Source of the DNA: Styela clava
Lineage: Eukaryota
NCBI RefSeq assembly: GCF_964204865.1
Contig: NC_135255.1
Span: forward strand, 20,336,001 to 20,400,000
Direction of reading: 5' to 3'
DNA length: 64,000 nucleotides
The notes beneath the pieces were generated by a model. It saw only the letters and a program-made list of their open reading frames with translations. It ran no database searches and was not told the DNA's origin. The position numbers were made by a program, and so were the translations under genes. Of this stretch, positions 52,498 through 62,724 are shown one piece after another (within the stretch, counting starts at the first letter, position 1; every line of letters begins with the position of its first letter).

Positions 52498-55400
52498 ATG
52501 ATTTGGTTATTGATCGTTATCTTACTTTTAGGTGAGTAAAGTAAGCTACACTTGTTAAACAACAAATTTTATTTTACGTGCAATAAGCGAACGACGTAAA
52601 CAAAAATTGCTTTTATGCCGCTCTAATGTCTGATCAACAAAAACATATAACCAATTTACCTACGATCTATGTTTCAAAGCAGTTGATCAAATATAAGGAT
52701 CGTTCAGGCGCCAAGCAGTTTGATCTTTGTCATTTCTGCTTTCTAGGAACAGTAGCCGGTAGCAATGGTCAGTGTGATGGAAAGAAGATGAACTTAACAT
52801 TAGGAAATGGTATAATAAGTTCTCCAAATTATCCCGAGGAATACGGAAAATCAGCAAACTGCGCATGGGATTTCAATCCTTTGGAAGGTTATACTCTCGA
52901 ATTAACAATCACGTATCAAAGACTTTATATATCTGTAACAGAAACAAGCGTGAAGATTTGCTTGGGGTCTTACCTTCTTTCCATAAGTAACGGTTAGTGA
53001 AATAACAATAATTTAAATAAAAAAAGTTTTCTCTGTAGAAGTTGTACGATCCAAGATTTTATTTTGATTCAGCTTAACCCTGGGACCCCAGGAAAGCATA
53101 TTCATTCTTGATTTCGTGGTAATAGTTATCGAAACTTTACTATTCCACTTATTTCTCACTTTTAATCAAATGTGGGCAGTATTAAATATTATATATATAT
53201 ATAATACGGTGAGATGTACGTTGGTGTAAAGTATTCATATTAATTAAACCAATTTAAATCAACGTGTGGCGGAAACATAGTTCAGCCGCTGCCAAATAAA
53301 AAAATACTTGAACGGAAAGTACAGTCACCATTATATATTATGTATAACAAAATTTAAAGTGATAAAATTCAATTCAGATACTCAGGAATGTAGCAGATAT
53401 ATTGATAAAAACTATCTCATGACATTGATTGGAGTTCAGCATTTTGACTATTTCGACTCTATGTGTGGCGAGAACGCAGAAAATAAGCCAAGTGTTCATG
53501 TTCAGTATATGTCAGATGGACGAATATATACCGGTACTAATACAGTGATAACCAAATCAATGGGATTTAGTATCCAGTACAAGTTTTCAGAATGCTACAC
53601 GACTGCCGGTAATTAATCTTTGCAACTACATAAAATTACTTTGATGAATATCCTGAATTGTAATTTCGAAACCACGATATAAATACGTACCAATTTTTTT
53701 TTTATTTGAATGAAGACATATCCGAAACTAAAAAAAATGCAGTATTAAGCAATTGATTGCATTACCAAATATACTCAACCTTGGTAAAATCATTTTCTCA
53801 GAAACAACAACTGAATATGTCCAAACGAGTATTTTTGAAGGAAGCTCTAACATAGAACAAACAATTACGAATTTTGAGGACAACCGTACTCTTTCTACTA
53901 TAGGTCAGTAGGTTTCTCATAAACGTTTGCTACGAAAACATCAATCGAAACTAGACAACTACCCAACAAAAAAGCCTTTTATTTCTAGTACAAAAGGTGA
54001 ACCTGTTGATAACATGAAGTTGATTAAATATCGCGGAACTTCGAAACCTTGGGAGTTCAGGATTGGAAAATCATTATTTAACAATCATTATCTATGTTTT
54101 ATATTTTAGGCCTGAATTAGTCAGCAACAAAAATTGATATGTCTTCTAATAAATTAATTAAACCCTGGCCCTGGGTTAGGTGGCCAATATGGGGGTTGAT
54201 ATCAAGGTTCGTCATCTATTGGTACAGGGTTTTATTAACAAGGAAGATTAAATATAAAACAGATTATGAATCAAATAATTTATTTATCGGGAAATGATGT
54301 ATCAACCCGAAGCACTTGGGATTATTTTACAAGCTATTAAAGTTTATGTAAATAAACATAGAAGTTTCGCATTTCTTTATTGTTCCATGTCATGCTAAAA
54401 CAAGAAAAAAATCATAAAAAAATCTTTATATTTTTTTTTCGAAATCGTGCACTGACTCTAACAAAACCGATGTGATTAAAGCAGTTTTACTATTGAGTTT
54501 GTTATAAGAAAACTCATACTGAATCAATGGCCGTGTCGTACTACAAAACTAATATGAGCCCCCTTAGCAATATTATTCCTTATTACAATACTAATATCAT
54601 CACCTCTAGCACTCTTATTTCCTATTATATCAGACACAGCTGGAGAAACTGATGGCGCCAATTCAGATGGAATAGGTGACACTGCAAAGCTTTTCCTCGT
54701 TTCTATCTCTGGATTTATTGGTATCATAATACTTGTGGCGACTGTAATCGTATTCTGCAGGAAGAGAGGGTATTTAACTCATACTGATTACTTCCTTGAT
54801 TAGCAATTAATTATTTGTCTTGGTTATTTACGTATAGAAATACCTATAGGTCAAAAGAAGCCTAAGCAAAACGGATATATTGCATGGGTGTAATGACCTA
54901 GTGGTTATGGCGTCGGACTGTAATCGCCGTTGATATGACATCTCATATACAACCGTACACAAGCCATCTAGTAACTTGGACAGACAATCCCGAATCATTA
55001 TTATTATCGTGACTGCTTACTTAAAGCCGTGTTCGCAGTGAAAGTCCAAAAACGACTACAACGGCTGCATTCATCCAAGATAGGATTTTATGAAAGCGTT
55101 GTATAAGGTCAAGTCGAATATAATTAAAAGAAGAAAATATAATTCTTGAATATCATCGTGATAATATATGAATATTTATTAACAGGGACATATATCAAAA
55201 AAACAAAAATGTCAAACAGGACAATGTAGGCGGAAATAAGATGGAAAATGCTGAATCTCCAATCCAAGAACCGGACCAAGACACTGCTACGGGTAAGAAT
55301 TTATTAAATAGATCGTGATACGGGAACACATCCCAGGTTGACTAAAATCTTATATCTGAAACTTCCTCTTTAATTTTGAAAACGTTTCACTCTCGAAAGG

Positions 55401-55960
55401 AAGCACTGTGTACAAAAAACTAAGCTTTATAAGCCATGAACAATTTGAATTTCTGCGGAAACGATAGTGTACAATTGTTTTGATTTAAAAAAAATTGTCA
55501 AGTTGAAAAGTCATGAAAATTAAATATCAATATTTAATTCAGCTGAAAATGATGAACCGGCAAATTTAACAATTCAAGATGAGGAAGCTCCGTATACTAT
55601 CATGTATTCTGCCCTTACACGACAAGACGAAGAAGGTGATAAAAAGAGAACCATATGCGGTAGACTAAATATTTTGACGACAAAAACATAACAGTTATGA
55701 AGATTCCAAATTAATACCGGTATTTTAATACGTTTATATTCCGTGACATATAATTCAAAGTTTTTAGAAGCATTTTACATTGGCCCAGACATCCTTAAAA
55801 TTGTAGGAAGAACTATTCCGAGAAATCAATTATCTTAGGTACTTATATTTCAGATGTAAAGGAAAATTCAGCAATTGAGGAAGACGAGCAGAAACACGAC
55901 ATGTATTCTGTCGTTGTACGAAAGACTGGAGGAGGTGACAAAGAGACGATTCATGTGTGA
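52498..55960 (+). CDS. Gene 9: class B CUB-domain type-I membrane receptor (ITIM tail), apparently intact, 351 aa, 8 exons
   Basis: Exons 52498-52531, 52747-52992, 53378-53608, 53802-53903, 54634-54769, 55186-55292, 55543-55635, 55854-55960 give an open 1056-nt frame. TM LFLVSISGFIGIIILVATVIVFC; tail APYTIMYSAL...HDMYSVVV...ETIHV*. Confidence 0.88.
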
Positions 55961-57061
55961 TCACCCGACAGTTGTCCAACTTTGCCCAGATTGTTTATGG
56001 TTTAAAAATCTGCCTTGATGTTCATACCTTTGTTTTCAAAAATACAACCCAAACCTATAGTGAAACTAAAAAGAGGTACTGGATTGTTGTTTGTTATTCG
56101 CAGTAGTGTTTATTTCGTAATTGGGATGCTTCCTCTATAATTGATTTCCTATTGCATTCAAATCTTATATCCTAATTAGCTAATAATAACATATCTTCTG
56201 TAGTCTCTTTGTTGCACCACGCATTTTCACGGTTTTGAAAACATTGCTTTTTCATCTTCCATTATTTGCGAACGCCTAACGAAAATAAGTATTTGGTGCT
56301 TGATACCAGTACCCCGTCGTTTATTTATTTTAATATATTATTGGATTATTGTATAAATTCAACGAATTTGCAAGAATTTAATCGACTTCATACGTTTCGT
56401 ATATGTGCTCTCAACTACTTCTGTAGATCATTGTCTAATCGTTTCCTTTTTGATGAATTAGCGAGCAAGGGAAATAACGATTCATGAATAGTTTTATTGT
56501 TCCATAGCATTCAACAACATATTCTCGAATCTATAATTTTATTTTGTTACCTTTCCTTCCTTGGACTGGGCGTTTTCTCACATTTTATTAATAATATTTG
56601 TCTTGCTGTATTCAAACAAGTCTTGTTTTTACAAGCTTCGAAACTGTCAAGCAGGAAAACGTAAGATTTAAATTGACACAGACGTTTTGCATACCTATAC
56701 ACCAATTAGCAACAAATTACAAAATCAAGTAGTACACCTTTATGGTAGTAGATCCATGGTAATCCTTTATATAACGCCAATGGTTTAGCTGGAGCAATTG
56801 CATCACGCCAAATACCTTCATGAAAATTGCCAATGAGGTCGCGTGTTTCTTAGTTTTAAAATCTCGATCTGTTAGTGTTTAGACCAGGGGTGGGCACGGT
56901 TTTTGAACCACGGACAAACATTTTGGAAGTGGAAAACAATAAGCTATCGTGCAAACTACACCAATGACTTGTTTTTTTTATCTCTCAAATTTCGCGTGGG
57001 AATTGTATATATGTTGTTTTTAGAAAACATTAACTGTTTTCATAGCCTGATGTCTGAGCGG

Positions 57062-57401
57062 TAGTTGCACGCAAACGTCACAGTTATTTGGCTTAGACAA
57101 GGTTTGCTTTAGCAAAGCAATAGTTGAGAATTTGCATTAAGAAGAGTTACAGTATGGACATGGCCACTAACATATCACGAGTTGAGCGCCCAATTAGAAC
57201 TTTGACAAAATGATATACATGTTTGTAGTTTTAGTTGCACGCAAACGTCACAGTTATTTGGCTTAGACAAGGTTTGCTTTAGCAAAGCAATAGTTGAGAA
57301 TTTGCATTAAGAAGAGTTACAGTATGGACATGGCCACTAACATATCACGAGTTGAGCGCCCAATTAGAACTTTGACAAAATAATATACATGTTTGTAGTT
57401 T
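57062..57401 (+). repeat. 170-bp tandem duplication
   Basis: TAGTTGCACGCAAACGTCACAG... starts at 57062 and again at 57232; single copy in the paralogous region near 9090-9260. Confidence 0.85.
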
Positions 57402-57641
57402 TCGAGCGAAATTAATATTCAATATAAAAGTTGGCAGAAATAATTGAAAGATTGCCAAGACGCCATTGTTGACAGTTATCGAGGATAGTATTACTGAATA
57501 GTTACACAATAAAAATGTCGCCGTTGAGTGACAATTAGAGATGTGCAATCAGACTATATTATGTCTCATTTGATTTGAATCAAATAATTTCGATATTAAT
57601 TTTTAGTTCTGAACCAGGACGAAAAAATTAGTTTAGTTAAC

Positions 57642-57675
57642 ATGGTTTGGTCGTTGATCGCCATCTTAATTCTAG
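57642..57675 (+). CDS. Gene 10: signal-peptide exon only (remainder outside the window or lost)
   Basis: ATG GTT TGG TCG TTG ATC GCC ATC TTA ATT CTA G|GTAAG = MVWSLIAILILG, the same 34-nt exon as in the other copies; flanks match those of gene 2. Confidence 0.75.
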
Positions 57676-57738
57676 GTAAGTAAAGCAAGTAACAATAATT
57701 AACTGTACTTAAACTATACAATAAAATAACAAACGACG

Positions 57739-57953
57739 TGTAAGGTGGTGTGTATACACGCACAACTATATTGCATTTGTAGACTTTATTCACATTCGAA
57801 ACAGAACACATTCCAGATAGATAAACTTAAAACAGTTAATGCACACAGTACCAACTCATAACAGCTAATGTGACACAGTACACGTGATAAATACCGAACT
57901 TAGAAGTCACCTTCAGACATGAACGGACACGGGTCAAAGGTCACTATATTACA
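57739..57953 (-). repeat. 3' LTR
   Basis: 215 bp; differs from 62510-62724 at one position that I could find; preceded on the minus strand by purine tract GGAGGGA (57954-57960). Confidence 0.95.
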
Positions 57954-58144
57954 TCCCTCCAAACCTTAATAAAAAAAAACACAAAAATTGACATCGATGA
58001 ACGACAAACCATATGAAGACTTGATATCAAAATTTTAGGATTCAGCACACAAACTTTTAGTTCAAGTCTTCACACAGATAAATATCGATATCAACTTCAT
58101 GAAATACAATGCAAAACACAGTACACATTAGTTTCAAAATACAG

Positions 58145-61100
58145 TTAAGCAGTCAATACTGTAATTCGTCCCATATGAAAATCTTTAAATCTACTTGGCA
58201 CTTTTGGACATCTTCTAGGACGATCTCTAACACTTGGAACAGGGGGAACAGAAGGTGCTGGACTTTCAGCAATAGGATCTGCCGTTTCATTATCAACATT
58301 CAAATTAGCAGTATCGTCAGAAATATCATTATCATGTAAAACATCAGCACCAGTGATATTTGTAAAACGCTTGCGAAAGGTACAATCATTTACTTTTTTA
58401 AACAGAGAAGCATTTCTAGTTTTACTGCCAATATTGGGACTTTGTGCAGTAATCATAGAACCTTTTACATTTATAACATCCATAGGCTCAGGTCTATATG
58501 CTGAAGAAAGCTTATTGCTTCTATTTTGTCTCATGATCACGGAGTCACCAACATGAATTTGTTCAGTCGGCTTTAAACAATTTCTTGCGTCAGCATACAT
58601 TTTCTGTTTAGCCTTATGAAAACAATCACGATCACGTAAATCATTATCAACAGTAGGAACAATAATTTCAGGTAATAGGACTTTAATATTAGTACCATAC
58701 AATAATTCAGCAGGTGGTCTACCTGTTGTAACATGGGGGCATGCTCTATAATTTCTCAAAAATTTATACATTTCCTGCTTCCAAGACTTGCCTTCAACCG
58801 TAGCAGTCTTGATAGCCTTACCCAAAGGTTTCATAAAATTTTCGGACTGGGCATTAGCTCTAGGCCACAAGGGAGTTATCTTTCTATGACGTATGCCACA
58901 CAGTTCCATGAAACGTCTGAATTGATAACTTTGCCAAGGAGGACCATTATCAGTTTTCACAACTTCAGGAAAACCTAGCATTGAAAATATTTTATCAAGA
59001 ACAGGAATGACATAAAAATTAGACGTAGCTTTTACAATTTCAACAACAGGAAAACGAGAGTATTCATCAATAACAACAAGACAATAGTCTCCACTGGGAT
59101 ATGGACCAGAAAAATCACAACTAACAGCTTGCCAAGCTTTTTGTGGCAACTCACTCATGCTTAAAGGGAGCATTCTCTCATCTTTCACAACAGAAGCACA
59201 AGCAGCACAGCTTTTCACCACATTTTCTACCATAGCATCCATACCAGGAAACCATATCTTTTCTCTTAACAAAGATTTTGTTTTACTCATACCCATATGT
59301 CCCTCATGAGCAATGTCAACAATTTTACGTCTCAAACATCGATTACCTCGTAATAAAATACCTTGCTCAGTCACACAAAGTTCACTGGCAATTTTGGCAA
59401 AAATAGACATTTCTTCACAATCTTTATACTTATACCATAAGTTATTTTGCAAACATTTTATCACATTCTGTATCACACTATCATTTTCAGAAGCACTTTT
59501 TATTTCACGCAGTTTGATAGCTTTGGGACATGTATTCTCGCATACATAATTCACATATTCTTCTGTGACTTTATCAGAATGTACATTTTGCATTTCAATG
59601 GGATGCCTTGACATGTAGTCAGCAGGGTTAGTTTTCCCTGGACGATGTACAATATTAAAGGTGTACTGTTGTAAACGCAAACACCAACGCTCAATCCTGG
59701 CAGAAGGTTTAGCAGTCACACTAGAAAACACACTCACTAAGGGTTTGTGATCAGTAACAACAGTAAATTTTACACCATACAGATAGAGATGGAAATGTTC
59801 TATAGCCCAGCACACAGCAAGAGCTTCTCTCTCTATCTGGGAATAACGACTTTCCACATCACTCAACAATCTAGATGCATACGCAATCACACGGACATAT
59901 TCATTATCAATGTCAGATTCTTTCTGGACTAAAACACAACCAAGTCCAACTGGGGATGCATCTACAATAATTTCAGTACAAAGCTTAGGATCAAAATAAG
60001 ACATAACAGTATCACTTGTGAGACTATTTTTCAATTCACAAAAAGCTTTTTCACAATTTTCACTCCATATAAAATCAACATTTTGTTTAGTAAGCTCTTG
60101 TATAGGTTTAACAATAGTTGAGTAATTAGGTATAAAACGAGACACATAGTTCGACATACCAAGAAAAGATTTAACTTGTTGCTTATCAGAAGGTCTATCA
60201 GCCTTGTTTATAGCTTCAACCTTATTTGGATCAGGTGACACACCTTTATCACCAAAAATATTTCCAAAAAACTTTATAGACGATCGAAAAAATGAACACT
60301 TTTTCTTATTCAAAGTAAGACCACAGTCTCTTATACGTTGCAAACAGGCTCTTAAATCTTTCTCATGCTCAGCCTCATTTACACTACTGATATAAATATC
60401 ATCTGAGATGTTTTTGACACCTCTTAAGCCGTGCAATGCTTGTTCAATCAAATATTGAAATTTTTCACTAGCAGCATTAACTCCATAATTCAATCTTTTA
60501 TATCTGTATAATCCAATATGGGTACTAAAAGTAGTAATATGTCTACTGTCAGGGTGTAATTCAATTTGGTGATAACCCTGGTTCAAATCCAACTTGGAAA
60601 ATACTTTATATCCATTTAAATCATGTATAAGTTCATCAACAGTAGGCATAGGGTGTTTTACCCTCTTTATTGCCTCATTCGCAGCTCGCATATCGACACA
60701 TAGTCGAATGTTTTCTGGGTCACAAGGTTTAGGAACACATACAATAGGAGAGACCCATGGAGTAGGACAATTTCCCACACTTTCACAAATGTTTTCATCA
60801 CACAGTTTAGCAACAGCACTTTCGACTTTTTGACGCATTTTAAAAGGAACTCGTCTGTGCTTTTGATGAACAGGGTTTACAGAATCATCAATATTCAACT
60901 TCAATTGGAAGTTTTTCAATTTCCCCAACCCTTGAAAAATTGAATTATAATCCCTTAAAATATTTTCAGTGAGATCCACTCGATCATTTGACACAGAGTT
61001 AATAATTTTCAAAATACCAAGATCACTAGCAGTCTTGAAAGAGAGCAAACAACCAATTGCATATCTAACAACATAGAATACAGTGTTGATGCATTTGCCA

Positions 61101-62272
61101 CACTTAGAAGTTACAACTGCATGAAATTTCCCCTTCACAGACAAGGGTTTTCTACTTCCATAAGCATAAAGCTTAATATTTGCAGTTTCCAATTTGCATG
61201 GTTTACTGGATCTACTTTTTAAATTTTGAAAAGTTTTGTAATCGAGTACATTGACACTTGCACCACTATCTATAAGCATAGAACAGGGCACATTGTTAAT
61301 TTTCAACTGTACTTTAGCAGGATTATTGTTATTGGAACAATTACACATTGATCCATTCACTGAGAGAATATATTCATGATTCTCAGAGCTCATTTCACTC
61401 AGTTCATGATCTCTGCAATCATGTTTAGGCTCATTTTGCACACTGTTCAACTTGGGCTTGTTGAATTTACTATTCGCTTCTTTACAGAATCTAGCAAAAT
61501 GACCATACTTGGAACAGTTATAACATCTGCGACCATATGCAGGACACTTTTCTGCATGTGGATACACTCCACCGCAACTGAAACATGATTTTAGTTTTGT
61601 ATGAAAGGTTTTACCTTTATTAATTTGATGCTTCTTTGTCTGATCTCTTGAATGACTAGAATTGTTGGATGAAATGTTCTTTTTCCACTTTCCTTTGTAG
61701 GAACTAACTCCACATATCCCTTGGATACTTGACTCACTCTCCATTGCACACAGTTGATCTTTAGCCAACTCCATCGCTTTTCCAGTCTCAAGCAATGTTG
61801 TGAGATTCATTGACTTTGTGAGAGCTTTCTTTCTTAGTTCTGAAGATAGGCAACCTTGTATAATTTGACTTTTAATCTCAGAATCACGATTTTCTCCAAA
61901 TTCACAGTTTAATGAAATCTTCTTCAATCTCGTACAAAACTGATCTAAACTTTCACCTTCCTCTTGTTTTGAATTTCGGAATATATATTTTTCATATTCA
62001 CTGTTTGACTTGGGAACAAAATACGATGTCAGTTTATCTTTTACGTCTGAGAATTTGTCAGATTCTTCTTTTAATGTTTCATATATATCATAGCACTCAT
62101 CACCCATATAGTGCAGTAAAAGATTCTTCTTCTTTTCTCTGTCATCTTCGGTATCTTTGAGGTTCATGGCTAACATTAAAACTTCAAAACGCGATAACCA
62201 TTTCTTCCACCGGGGACCAGCATTAGATAAGTCTTCACAATCAAATGATCTGAAATCTGGTAGATTTGCCAT
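58145..62272 (-). CDS. Gag-Pol polyprotein (two zinc knuckles, aspartic protease, RT, RNase H, integrase)
   Basis: 1375-aa ORF: CFSCGGVYPHAEKC and CYNCSKYGHFARFC; LIDSGAS; KLDLNQGYHQ...NISDDI; VDASPVGLG...TDHKPL; HEGH...CAAC; CDF...TDNG...E. Confidence 0.96.
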   Translation of the reverse strand: MANLPDFRSFDCEDLSNAGPRWKKWLSRFEVLMLAMNLKDTEDDREKKKNLLLHYMGDECYDIYETLKEESDKFSDVKDKLTSYFVPKSNSEYEKYIFRNSKQEEGESLDQFCTRLKKISLNCEFGENRDSEIKSQIIQGCLSSELRKKALTKSMNLTTLLETGKAMELAKDQLCAMESESSIQGICGVSSYKGKWKKNISSNNSSHSRDQTKKHQINKGKTFHTKLKSCFSCGGVYPHAEKCPAYGRRCYNCSKYGHFARFCKEANSKFNKPKLNSVQNEPKHDCRDHELSEMSSENHEYILSVNGSMCNCSNNNNPAKVQLKINNVPCSMLIDSGASVNVLDYKTFQNLKSRSSKPCKLETANIKLYAYGSRKPLSVKGKFHAVVTSKCGKCINTVFYVVRYAIGCLLSFKTASDLGILKIINSVSNDRVDLTENILRDYNSIFQGLGKLKNFQLKLNIDDSVNPVHQKHRRVPFKMRQKVESAVAKLCDENICESVGNCPTPWVSPIVCVPKPCDPENIRLCVDMRAANEAIKRVKHPMPTVDELIHDLNGYKVFSKLDLNQGYHQIELHPDSRHITTFSTHIGLYRYKRLNYGVNAASEKFQYLIEQALHGLRGVKNISDDIYISSVNEAEHEKDLRACLQRIRDCGLTLNKKKCSFFRSSIKFFGNIFGDKGVSPDPNKVEAINKADRPSDKQQVKSFLGMSNYVSRFIPNYSTIVKPIQELTKQNVDFIWSENCEKAFCELKNSLTSDTVMSYFDPKLCTEIIVDASPVGLGCVLVQKESDIDNEYVRVIAYASRLLSDVESRYSQIEREALAVCWAIEHFHLYLYGVKFTVVTDHKPLVSVFSSVTAKPSARIERWCLRLQQYTFNIVHRPGKTNPADYMSRHPIEMQNVHSDKVTEEYVNYVCENTCPKAIKLREIKSASENDSVIQNVIKCLQNNLWYKYKDCEEMSIFAKIASELCVTEQGILLRGNRCLRRKIVDIAHEGHMGMSKTKSLLREKIWFPGMDAMVENVVKSCAACASVVKDERMLPLSMSELPQKAWQAVSCDFSGPYPSGDYCLVVIDEYSRFPVVEIVKATSNFYVIPVLDKIFSMLGFPEVVKTDNGPPWQSYQFRRFMELCGIRHRKITPLWPRANAQSENFMKPLGKAIKTATVEGKSWKQEMYKFLRNYRACPHVTTGRPPAELLYGTNIKVLLPEIIVPTVDNDLRDRDCFHKAKQKMYADARNCLKPTEQIHVGDSVIMRQNRSNKLSSAYRPEPMDVINVKGSMITAQSPNIGSKTRNASLFKKVNDCTFRKRFTNITGADVLHDNDISDDTANLNVDNETADPIAESPAPSVPPVPSVRDRPRRCPKVPSRFKDFHMGRITVLTA

Positions 62273-62495
62273 CTTCTACATGTGGGTTAAAAACTTGTAA
62301 ACAGCCTAGACCACTTAGGAATGCAGTATAGAATTCTGGAATGTTTCTTAGCTTTTGAAACTGTACAACACTTAGTTGACTCTTGACTTCCGTTGACCAC
62401 TACTTCACACCAAGTTCCGTAGGTCTTTCCCGTATTCGAGGTTGCACTTAGCTTCCTTTACCACTTAGGTTACCGTTATCTATTACCGTTGCTTT

Positions 62496-62508
62496 ATCCT
62501 CGTCGCCA
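62496..62508 (-). promoter_or_regulatory. Primer-binding site, complementary to tRNA-Ser(GCU) 3' end
   Basis: Minus strand TGGCGACGAGGAT, 1 nt inside the 5' LTR; complementary to ...AUCCUCGUCGCCA, which I recall as the metazoan tRNA-Ser(GCU) 3' end. Confidence 0.8.
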
Positions 62509-62509
62509 A

Positions 62510-62724
62510 TGTAAGGTGGTGTGTATACACGCACAACTATATTGCATTTGTAGACTTTATTCACATTCGAAACAGAACACATTCCAGATAGATAAACTTA
62601 AAACAGTTAATGCACACAGTACCAACTCATAACAGCTAATGTGACACAGTACACGTGATAAGTACCGAACTTAGAAGTCACCTTCAGACATGAACGGACA
62701 CGGGTCAAAGGTCACTATATTACA
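62510..62724 (-). repeat. 5' LTR
   Basis: 215-bp direct repeat of 57739-57953, followed by TSD CGACG (62725-62729). Confidence 0.95.

Larger units (their letters stand above)
57739..62724 (-). mobile_element. Full-length Ty3/Gypsy LTR retrotransposon (Mag-like)
   Basis: Two 215-bp LTRs with TGTAA...TTACA ends, 5-bp TSD CGACG, PBS, short purine tract, and a single gag-pol ORF with PR-RT-RH-IN order. Confidence 0.96.

Noticed and set aside
9986-53608. One large multi-CUB protein (cubilin/tolloid-like) spanning the window
   Set aside because: Nearly every CUB has its own signal exon, and most have their own TM and stop codon; no protease, EGF or LDLa exons were seen.
54886-54930. tRNA-like stretch (TAGTGGTTATGGCGTCGGACTGTAATC), also ~23945-23985
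   Set aside because: Only a D-arm/anticodon-like half with no T-arm, B-box or acceptor stem; at most a decayed tRNA-derived SINE in a class B intron.
71-57811. Short ORF-track entries treated as stand-alone genes
   Set aside because: They are exon fragments extended into introns, antisense shadows of exons, or chance ORFs in AT-rich DNA; the real coding units are spliced.
58109-62160. Plus-strand and alternate-frame ORFs overlapping gag-pol
   Set aside because: Shadow ORFs of the long retrotransposon frame; no env-like or other motif.
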